A DNA stretch of 64,000 nucleotides from Patescibacteria group bacterium (lineage in GTDB: Bacteria > Patescibacteriota > Patescibacteriia > UBA11705 > DATKZF01), in contig JBMORT010000006.1 in the NCBI GenBank assembly GCA_049319825.1, positions 166,340-230,339 of the forward strand, read 5' to 3'. The first letter of the stretch is position 1. The number at the start of each line of letters is the position of its first letter. The notes under the pieces were generated by a model, which had not been told where the DNA came from, ran no database searches, and was given only the letters and a program-made list of their open reading frames with translations. Positions 35,987 through 45,600 of this stretch are shown here, one piece after another. Both the position numbers and the translations under genes were made by a program.

Positions 35987-37255
35987 ATGAAAAAAACACT
36001 GCATCAATTGCCTTCCGGCGCGAAATTGATTTTAGTCCCAAATAAAAGCACTCAGGCTGTTTCCGTGATGGTCATCTTCGGCGTCGGCTCTCGGCATGAA
36101 CACAAAAAAATCAACGGCATTTCCCACTTTATTGAACACTTAATGTTTAAGGGCACCACTAAGCGCCCGACCACGCTGGATATTTCAAAGGCGCTGGATC
36201 GAGTCGGCGCCGAATTCAATGCCGGCACGGCGAAAGATTGGACCGCCTATTACATCAAAGTCGATAATCAGCACGTTGAGCTGGCAATGGACGTAATTTC
36301 GGACATGATCATGAATTCTAAATTCGACCAAACCGAAATCGATCGGGAGCGGGGAGTGATCATCGAAGAGATCAACATGTACGAAGATAATCCGATGATG
36401 TATATCGAGGATTTGCTGGAGCAGGTTGTTTTTGACGGCAATACGCTCGGCTGGCAAATCAGCGGTCCGCGATCGGTAATCAGAAATGTCAGTCGCCAAG
36501 ATATTTTGGATTATAAGAATTTATTTTATCAGCCAAACAACGCCGTCATCTGCGTGGCCGGTAATTTCCCCGACGATATTTTGGCTAAGGTCCGGGAATA
36601 TTTCACTTTTCCCAAATCAACCGATAAAATTCCGGATTTTCAGCCGTTCGAGTTTAACCAAAGTGAGCCGCGGCTGAAAATTAAAAACCAAAAAACCGAA
36701 CAAGCTCAGTTGGCGTTTGGCTTTCCCGGATACGGCTATAAAGATAATCGAGTTCACGCCTTGTATTTATTGGCGGTCATTTTAGGCGGCAACATGAGTT
36801 CACGACTTTTCATTAATATCCGCGAGCGACAAGGCTTGTGCTATTTTATAAGAAGCTACATCAATATTTATCAAGATACCGGTTGTCTGGTAATTCAGTC
36901 CGGATTGGATACAAAGCGCATTGAACAGTCCATTGAGCTTATTTTGGAGGAACTTAAGAAAGTCAGCGAAGAAGGCGTCAGCCAAACAGAGCTTAGCGAA
37001 GCCAAAGATTTTATAAAAGGCAAGGTTATTTTGCATTTGGAAAATTCGTCCGACCTGGCGGAATGGTACGCCAAGCAGGAAATATTGACCGATGAATCGC
37101 TCTCACCGGAAGATAAGTTCAAGCTGTTTGACCAAGTGACGGTCGAAGACATCCAAAAGGCGGCCAAGGAAATTTTTCGCACCGAATGTATTAATCTGGC
37201 GCTGATCGGGCCGTTTGACGGCGGGGATCAGTTTAAAAAATTATTAGATTTGTAA
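35987..37255 (+). CDS. M16-family zinc peptidase (insulinase/pitrilysin-like)
   Basis: Inverted zinc motif HFIEHLMFKGT (HxxEH) and a two-domain M16 architecture. 422 aa. Confidence 0.85.
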   Translation: MKKTLHQLPSGAKLILVPNKSTQAVSVMVIFGVGSRHEHKKINGISHFIEHLMFKGTTKRPTTLDISKALDRVGAEFNAGTAKDWTAYYIKVDNQHVELAMDVISDMIMNSKFDQTEIDRERGVIIEEINMYEDNPMMYIEDLLEQVVFDGNTLGWQISGPRSVIRNVSRQDILDYKNLFYQPNNAVICVAGNFPDDILAKVREYFTFPKSTDKIPDFQPFEFNQSEPRLKIKNQKTEQAQLAFGFPGYGYKDNRVHALYLLAVILGGNMSSRLFINIRERQGLCYFIRSYINIYQDTGCLVIQSGLDTKRIEQSIELILEELKKVSEEGVSQTELSEAKDFIKGKVILHLENSSDLAEWYAKQEILTDESLSPEDKFKLFDQVTVEDIQKAAKEIFRTECINLALIGPFDGGDQFKKLLDL

Positions 37256-37354
37256 ATTGTCTCGATGCCAATGTACTAATGAATACTAATTATGCGAATT
37301 GGCAAAATTAGTATCATTAGCATAATTCGCATATTCTCATCGATACATTCATAT

Positions 37355-38074
37355 ATGAAAAAACTATTCATCGCCAACTGGAAAATGAATCTTGGTTTTC
37401 GACAAAGCGTGGCTTTGGCTCAAAAATATAAATTATTGGCCGATAAGAAATTTAAATTGGCGATCGCGCCCGGTTTTCCGATGCTCAAAGCCATCAAACA
37501 GCTTGGCTTTGATGTGGCCGCTCAAAATTGCTCGGCTTGGGCGTCGGGCGCTCACACCGGTGAAGTATCATGTGATTTGCTAAAGGAACTCGGCTGCCGC
37601 TATGTGATCATCGGCCATTCGGAGCGGCGGATTGAACTTGGGGAATCGAACGAATTGATAAATAAAAAAATGGCGCAAGCGGTTTTATCGAAATTAACTC
37701 CAGTACTCTGCTTTGGCGAGAAAAAAAATCAGCTGAAAAACAGGGAAAAAGTGATTGTCGAACAGATTAAAACCGCGCTCAATCTGGTCAAACCCACCAA
37801 ATTGATATTGGCCTATGAACCGGTTTGGGCCATCGGCAGCGGTTATAATTGTTCGGCCGACGAAGTGAATCGGGTATATCAGTTTGTTCGTGATCTGATC
37901 GTGAATTTATCCGGCCAAACATTTTTTGATAAAAATGTTGACTTTCTTTACGGCGGCAGCGTCGATTCGAAAAATATTAAGGCATATGCCAATCAAAAAT
38001 TTTTAGCTGGTTTATTGGTGGGCAAATCCAGTTTGAATATAAAAGAAACGGTGAAAATGGCCAATTGGCTTTGA
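37355..38074 (+). CDS. tpiA: triosephosphate isomerase
   Basis: FIANWKMN, IIGHSERR and AYEPVWAIGSG motifs. The start is placed at MKKLFIANWKMN. The ORF-track ORF begins earlier at 37292 in the same frame. Confidence 0.9.
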   Translation: MKKLFIANWKMNLGFRQSVALAQKYKLLADKKFKLAIAPGFPMLKAIKQLGFDVAAQNCSAWASGAHTGEVSCDLLKELGCRYVIIGHSERRIELGESNELINKKMAQAVLSKLTPVLCFGEKKNQLKNREKVIVEQIKTALNLVKPTKLILAYEPVWAIGSGYNCSADEVNRVYQFVRDLIVNLSGQTFFDKNVDFLYGGSVDSKNIKAYANQKFLAGLLVGKSSLNIKETVKMANWL

Positions 38075-38149
38075 CAAAATTTGGATAAATTGATAGCCTG
38101 AAAAGCAAAGGTTAATTAAGATAATATGGTTATCTTTTTTTTATAACAT

Positions 38150-39040
38150 ATGCTGCTGACATGGATTTTAATCGGAATCATCGCCGCTTGCCTGGGAGCA
38201 ATCGTTTTTTTGATCATTCGAAAAATTCCGCAAGTCAAGACGCTTGATATTTCTACCGTTCCCAAGGAAAAGGAGCAGCGGGTGAAAGAAAAAATATTGA
38301 TTGACCGTTTGAGAAGAAAAACTTCTAAAAGCAAGGAAGTGATGCTTAAAGGCCTGTTACCTTCATTCGCCAAATTTTCGGAAGGTTTGAAGAGCATTTA
38401 TCGCAAGGCTCAGGACCTGGAAAAAAAATATAAGCGCGAGGAAGTTAAATCCGAAGATGTAAATTCTCCGGAGTTCAAAAAGAAAATTGATAAATTGTTG
38501 TCCGATGCCGCCGATGACGCCAAAAGAGAAGAGTTTGAAGAAGCGGAAAAGAAGTTTATAGAAATAGTCAGTATCGCGCCACAAGAAAAGAGAGCCTATA
38601 AAGGACTGGGTGACTTGTATTTCAAGAAGAAAGAATATAAGCAGGCACTGGAAACTTATAAATTCGTTTTAAAATTGGATATCAAAGGCAGCGAGGAGGT
38701 GGTGCGCGAGGAAAACGGGCAAAAGGTTCAGGTGTTTTCCAACAGCATTGATTTAGCCGATGACCATGTGGATATCGGGGAGGTGTGCCTGGCGCTTGAA
38801 AAAATTGATCAGGCCGTTGATTCATTTAAAAAGGCGGTTTCACTCGAGCCGAATAATCCTCGCAATTTGGATTTGTTGATCGATGCCAGCATTAAATCGG
38901 GCAATAAAGTTTTGGCGGTGGAAGCGTTGAATGCTTTGAAGAGGATTAATCCTGAAAATCAAAAACTTCGCGAATACGATGATTTGATCGTCGAAATGAA
39001 GCTTTCGAAAAAAAACAAGGGCATGAATTATTTGTGGTGA
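38150..39040 (+). CDS. TPR-repeat membrane-anchored protein, hypothetical
   Basis: N-terminal TM helix, a K/E-rich coiled region and TPR-like units (YKGLGDLYFKKKEYKQALETYKFVLKLD). Confidence 0.55.
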   Translation: MLLTWILIGIIAACLGAIVFLIIRKIPQVKTLDISTVPKEKEQRVKEKILIDRLRRKTSKSKEVMLKGLLPSFAKFSEGLKSIYRKAQDLEKKYKREEVKSEDVNSPEFKKKIDKLLSDAADDAKREEFEEAEKKFIEIVSIAPQEKRAYKGLGDLYFKKKEYKQALETYKFVLKLDIKGSEEVVREENGQKVQVFSNSIDLADDHVDIGEVCLALEKIDQAVDSFKKAVSLEPNNPRNLDLLIDASIKSGNKVLAVEALNALKRINPENQKLREYDDLIVEMKLSKKNKGMNYLW

Positions 39041-39166
39041 TATTGTTTTTTTATAACGGATATTTTATAATTAATACTGCTGGTTTTTTGACGTTATCGC
39101 TCCCGCCGACGCTCTGCTAGCCTTGGCGGGCAGGCAATTGGCAGAGTTTCGAAATTTACAAAACAT

Positions 39167-39242
39167 GCCGTTGTAGCTCAGTTGGTAGAGCAACTCCATG
39201 GTAAGGAGTAGGTCACCGGTTCAAGTCCGGTCAACGGCTCCA
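39167..39242 (+). tRNA. tRNA-Thr (anticodon GGT), CCA encoded
   Basis: Hand-folded. Acceptor GCCGTTG/CAACGGC, D-arm GCTC-AGTTGGTA-GAGC, anticodon arm ACTCC-ATGGTAA-GGAGT, T-arm ACCGG-TTCAAGT-CCGGT, discriminator T plus CCA. Confidence 0.9.
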
Positions 39243-39249
39243 TTCAAAA

Positions 39250-39510
39250 ATTGCAAAACCCTAAATGAAAAATGCAAAGAAAGAGTATAAAACTTAAAGA
39301 TCCCGTGTCCCTGAGGGGACTTTTTAAAACAGCGACAGCTGGCCTTTCTGCGGCGGCATTCTCTATGGTAAGTAAGTACGTCATCGGTTCACCCCGAACC
39401 AGAGCCTCGCTATGCTTGGCACGGTTCAGGGGAGTAGTCCGATCGTTGGATTTTAATTAAGAATTACAAGTGAAATTGTTGATTCTCGTTGAAGCGAGAC
39501 GTTTTTTTTT
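39250..39510 (+). ncRNA. candidate structured non-coding transcript between tRNA-Thr and the giant gene, ending in a terminator
   Basis: The region lacks a convincing ORF and is moderately GC-rich. It has local hairpins (GTCCCTGAGGGGAC, GGTTCACCCCGAACC) and ends with a rho-independent terminator TCTCG-TTGAAG-CGAGA plus T9 at 39484-39510. No known RNA family was recognised. Confidence 0.3.
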
Positions 39511-39676
39511 AAAAAAAACAAATAAAAAAGGCCCAGGCGCAGGACTTTTTATGTATAAAATATTTATCAACAAAGACGCTGCCATAGCGACAGCAATAAA
39601 TTGAATTTTATGTTATAATAAATACAGTTACTAATGATGAATAATTATTTGAGTTTATCTTCTAAAAAAAGGGAAA

Positions 39677-42600
39677 ATGCTTTCTACAGTTTTTAAAATT
39701 AAAATTTTGAAAAAAAGTTTTTATCGATTTAAAAAGATAATATTTGTAATGTTGTCGTCTTTTATCGTTTTTTTTGCGTCTTTTTTGCAATTTGACATTA
39801 ATTCAGCCATGGCTGCCGATTCCGGATTTCAAAATCCCACGGCCAATGCGGCCGTGACCAGCGGCGCCGGAGACAATAACGGTTATCAGACAAGCCCCAC
39901 CAATGCTTACGCTGACGGAGGAGGAACGGCCATTGACTCAAACAGCGGCTCGAACACCAATGATACTTGCGCCAGCGCCGGAGCGGACAAGCACATTTGG
40001 AGCAATTTTAATTTCAATATACCGCTCGGTTCGAGCATTGACGGCATCGAGCTGCGTCAGGATTTATCGGTGGACAGTCTCAGCGATAGTCCTTTTACAT
40101 GCGTTGCTCTGTCGTGGGACGGCGGAACAACTTGGACTGCCTATAAAATCGCGTCTTTAAGCACCACCTCCGAAACGACATACACCTTTGGGAATGGAAC
40201 TGACAATTGGGGCAGATCGTGGAGTGGGGGAGAATTAAGTAACGCCAATTTTAGAGTGATGATCGCCAATGGAGATACCAATAACGCCAGATCCAGACGG
40301 GATTTTTCTCTTGATTGGATTGCTCCAAAAATTTATTATACTCCACCGACCCTGAATCAATCTGGCTATCGCCTATTTAATAATGCCGATTCCGCCAATG
40401 TGGGCAGTCCGTTGGCCGCGCTTAATTCGGCAGCTCAATTATCTTCGGGAAATGATAATTTCAGGTTGAGGCTGCTGTTGCATGACAGCGGGGTTAATTT
40501 GCCTCTGGCCGGTGATAATTTTAAACTGCAATATGTCGATAAAGGCGTGGGTACTTGCGCCGCTCCCAGTGGAGGCACTCCGGCCTCATACACTGATGTC
40601 ACCGCCGCGACAGCGATTGCTTACAGCAATAACCCGACACCGGCTGACGGCAGCGCTTTAATTGCCAATGCCAATGATCCCAGCCATGGTGCTGACGCGG
40701 TTATCAATCAGACATACGAAGAATTGAATAATTTTACAAATTCCCAAGCTCCGGTCGCGGTTGGTCAGGATGGCCTGTGGGATTTTTCTTTAAAGGATAA
40801 TACCGCGCCGGACGATAAAACATATTGTTTCCGAGTGGTGAAATCAGATGGATCTTTATTAAACGCATATTCGGTTTATCCTGAAATAATGACCGCTGAA
40901 GGCCCGCCCGTGTTAATGAGCGTCGTTGCCAGCGATCCGGACAATTGGGACAGCGTTCTCAGCAATTGGGATAGGCTGACTTTGCTTTTTAATAAAAGCA
41001 CCAATGCTCCGCAGGCCGGAACCAAGACCCAAATTGACGGCTTGATTAATTTTGCCAATCCGCTGGGTGCGAATTATTCAGGCATTTGGCAGACAACTAA
41101 TTTTATCGATGATACGTTGCGAATCACGGTTATCAGCGCCCTAGGCGGCAGTTTAAATATCGGCAATTTGATTTCAATAATCGCGGACGGCACTGAAGAT
41201 TTGAAAAATCAATCGGAGACATCTCCCGCTTCAACGACTTCCGGGAATGTCACCGGTAATTGGGGCTTCCAAAAGGCCTATTACGCCTGTGATGCGGTCG
41301 ATCAGGTATCATACATGGATGTCAATCTCGGAGCTTCTTCAAAGACCTTGTTGGGTAATCTTGGCGCGGCCAACGTTGAAGCCATTGTTTATGATTACAA
41401 TACGCAGACTTTATACGGCGCCAACGCCGGTCAATTGGGCACAATCAACCAAAGCACCGGTGCTTTTTCCGCCTTGCCGAATCCCATCGGCTCCGGCAAC
41501 GGCTCTCTCGGGGTTTTGGCTTTCAATGATGTTGACGGTCTGGCATTTGACCCTTGGACCAGCGTTTTATACGGCACGGTCAGGCGTGATCCGGGCAAGG
41601 ATTTATTGATAAAAATCAATCCGGCTACCGGCGCCAGAATCGCGAATGCATTCGGTACCGGAGTGGATTATGTGGTCATTGATGAAACGGGGGTGTTTGA
41701 CGATGTGGATGATATTAGCATCAACCCCCTCGACGATAAAATGTACACCATTGGCAATCAAGGTCATTTAACGGAAGACCAGCTTCTAATCATCAATAAA
41801 TTAACTGGTGCGATCAGTGTTCAGGCGAATTTCGGCATTATTCCCGGTTATGACATTGAAGGCATGGCCTTTTCCAGCGATGGTCGAATGTGGGGGACGC
41901 GCGGCGTGCCCAATGAATTAGTGCAGGTTATTTACAACACCAACCCTCCAACTATTACCGGCAATGTCAGTTTGGCTCCGGGTTGCGGCGATCCGGAAGG
42001 AATAGACTTCCAGATTACTTCTACCAACACGGTTACCGGAAGGGTCTGGGATGATTTGGACACGGACGGCGTTTTGGACGGCGGGGAACCGGGGTTGGCC
42101 AATGTTACCGTACGGTTATACAAAGATTTAAATAGCAATGGACTGGCGGACAGCCTCGATCTTTTAATTCAATCAAAAGTTACCGATGTTAGCGGAAATT
42201 ATACATTCAAATTTTTGGCTCTTGACGATTTTGTTTTGGAAATCGATGATTCTTCTTTGCCTTCCGGCTACGGGCTGACCACGGATAATTTGGAGGTAGC
42301 GGCTTTCACTTCGATGGGGGAGCTTGATGAAAATAATAATTTCGGCGCTGTTGCCGGTTCTGATTGCGACGGCGACGGCATTCCTGATTTTATTCAGGGG
42401 GTCGGAATAAACGATTTCGATGGAGACACGGTAATCGACAGCTGTGATTTGGACGTGGATAATGACGGCATATTGAATGCGATGGAAAGTTCCAATGATC
42501 GGGATGGTGATTCAATTCCAAATTTTAGAGATGTGGATTCGGATAACGACGGCATCCCTGATGCCAGGGAAGCCAATAGCGGCGTTGCGCCGACCGGTTA

Positions 42601-45600
42601 TAATATCAGTTTGGGATATATGACCGGCACGGATACGGACGGTGACGGTTTACTCGATCAGGTGGACAGCCTGCCGGCCGTTCAGTATGGCGCCAGCGCG
42701 TCTACTTTGCCGATACCCAATACCGATTCGGACGCAGTCCGCGATTTTCTTGACGGGGATTCTGATAATGACGGCATTTTAGACATCATCGAAGCCGGCG
42801 GCGCTGACAGCGATGGAGACGGCGAGATAGACAGTTTCACCGATGTCAACGGTGATGGGTATCATGACCCGCTGAATACATCACCGTTACCGTTACCCAA
42901 TACCGATATTTCAGGAAAGCCTAACTATCTTGATTTGGATTCAGACGGGGATGGTCTGCCTGATTTTAGAGAAGGTCAGTCAACGGCCAGTTACCATGTG
43001 CCGCTGATAATAAGTGATGCTGATGGCAACGGTATCATTGACGCTTATGACAAATCAGCGGGCGGGAATCCTATCGTGCCGGTGGATACAGACAGCGATG
43101 GCATTCCGGATTATCGCGATTTGGACACCGATAATGACAGTCTTACGGATATCAGTATCGGCGAGGGACACGCCAGCGCCACTTTGGTCGGAGCGGATAC
43201 CGATTCGGATGGTATTGATAACGGTTTTGATACCAATAATTCTCCCTCATATTATTTTTTAAATAATACCGCGGTGACCGATAATCCGCCGCCAAATACT
43301 TTCGGCACTTCAGAGTATAACTGGCGCGAGTTTGACGCCGTGCCCTCAGCTGATTTATCTTTGGATAAATTGGTAGACAATAGCGCGCCCAATGTCGGAG
43401 ACACCATTACCTATACCATCACCGTTTCCAATGCCGGGCCGAATAACGCCACCAATGTATCAGTCGTTGATTTATTGCCGGCCGGAGTGACATATTCGAG
43501 CGCGACGCCTTCTCAGGGCAGTTACAATAATATTTCCGGAGTATGGACTGTTGGAACGATTAATAACGGATCGACCGCCAGTTTGCAGATTTCAGCCACG
43601 GTGAATGTCGGAACCGGCAATTCAACAATATCAAATTCGGCTCAGGTTTCAGCGTCTGATCAGGCAGATCCCGATTCGACTCCGAATAACAATATGCCGC
43701 TCGAAGATGATCAAGACAGTGATGACATCGACGTTCAGGCGGCCGATTTATCTTTGGTTAAGATTGTCGATAATGTCACGCCAAATGTTGGGGATATTGT
43801 GAAATACACGATAACCGTTTCCAATGGCGGTCCGGATACGGCCACAAATGCGGTGGTCAAGGATATTTTGCCGGTTGGTGTTACTTATTCCAGTGATAAT
43901 CCGTCGCAAGGAAGTTATAATTCAGGTACGGGCCTATGGACGATTGGCACAATAAATAATGGTGCTAATGCTGTTTTGGAAATCAATGCGGATGTTGATA
44001 CCGGAACGGGCGGCACTACTATTGATAATACCGCTGAAGTATATTCCGTTGATCAAGAAGATCCTGATTCGACCCCAGATAATAATGTCCCTGCCGAAGA
44101 TGACCAGTCGAGCGTTTCAATTACGGTCGAGTCGGCCGATGTCGCCATTACCAAAACGGACGCGGCAGATCCGGTGACCTTGGGCAATAACATTCAATAC
44201 GATGTGACAGTCACCAATAACGGTCCGTCGGACGCGACCAATGTTGATGTGACCGACACATTGCCGGCGGGGGTGACGTATGTCAGCGCCACGCCAAGTC
44301 AGGGAAGTTGTTCGGAATTGGCCGGAACAGTGACGTGTAATTTGAATACCATCAATAATGGCAATAGCGCGACCATCACCATAATCGTCACGCCAACCTC
44401 CAGTGGAAGTTTTACCAATAATATTTCAGTGACGGCCACGGAAAGCGATCCGACGCCGGGCAATAATTCAGATAGCGAAGATACGACAGTCGGAGACGTT
44501 GCTGATTTGTCTTTGACCAAAACTGTCGATATTTCAAATCCAAACGTGGGGGACATGATTACCTATACTATTACCGTTTCCAATGCCGGCGCGGGAAATG
44601 CGACCGGAGTTTCCGTCAAAGATATTTTACCGGCTGGCGTTACGTATTCGAGCGACACTCCTTCTCAGGGTACTTATAATTCGGTTACCGGTGTTTGGAC
44701 ATTGGGCAGTATCGCTAACGGCGCCAGCGCTATCTTGCAGATCAGCGCCATTGTGGATGCAGGCTCTGCCGGAAGCAGCATTGCCAATATTGCTCAAGTA
44801 TCAGCGTCAGACCAGCCCGATCCTGATTCTACCCCAAATAACAATGCTCCGGCCGAAGATGATCAGGACAGCGCTTCCATTACCGTGCAATCAGCTGATT
44901 TGTCTTTAACAAAAACTGTTGATAATGCCGCGCCAAATGAGGGAGATACCATTCAATACACAATTATTCTAAATAATAGTGGACCGGACAATGCGGAAAA
45001 TGTTTCCGTGAAAGATTTGTTGCCGGTCGGAGTGACATATTCTTTTGATATTCCTTCTCAGGGAACATACGATTCAATCACCGGCATTTGGAACATCGGT
45101 AATGTTATTGGTTTAGCCAGCGCCACGCTTCAAATAAGCGCCACAGTCGATATCGGCTCAGCTGGAATTCCCATTGTTAATACAGCGGAAGTGATTGCCA
45201 GCGATCAGGAAGATCCTGATTCGACTCCGAATAATGATGTTCCGGCCGAAGACGATCAAGACAGCGTCATTATAAATTCCAGCGGCGCGGATTTGGAATT
45301 AACCAAGACAGACAGCATTGATCCGATCTACCTGGGGTCAAATATCCTTTATAATATTGCCGTTCTAAATAATGGACCGGCAGACGCCACCGGCGTGATC
45401 GCCACTGACAGCTTACCGGCCGGAGTGACATATGTCAGCGCCACTCCGAGTCAGGGAGCCTGCGCGGAAGCCGCGGGGATGATTACATGCAATTTGAATA
45501 ATATCAGCAATGGCAGCAGTGCGACGATTGCCATTACGGTTATACCGTTGTCTGACGGGATTTATGCGAATAGCGCTTCAGTGTCAGCTTCGGAATCAGA

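Noticed and set aside
35673-36041. ORFs 35673..36041(-) and 35735..35977(+) in the GC-rich block.
   Set aside because: Neither has an RBS. Composition is atypical (G8/C5 runs) and they overlap each other. I treated the block as non-coding.
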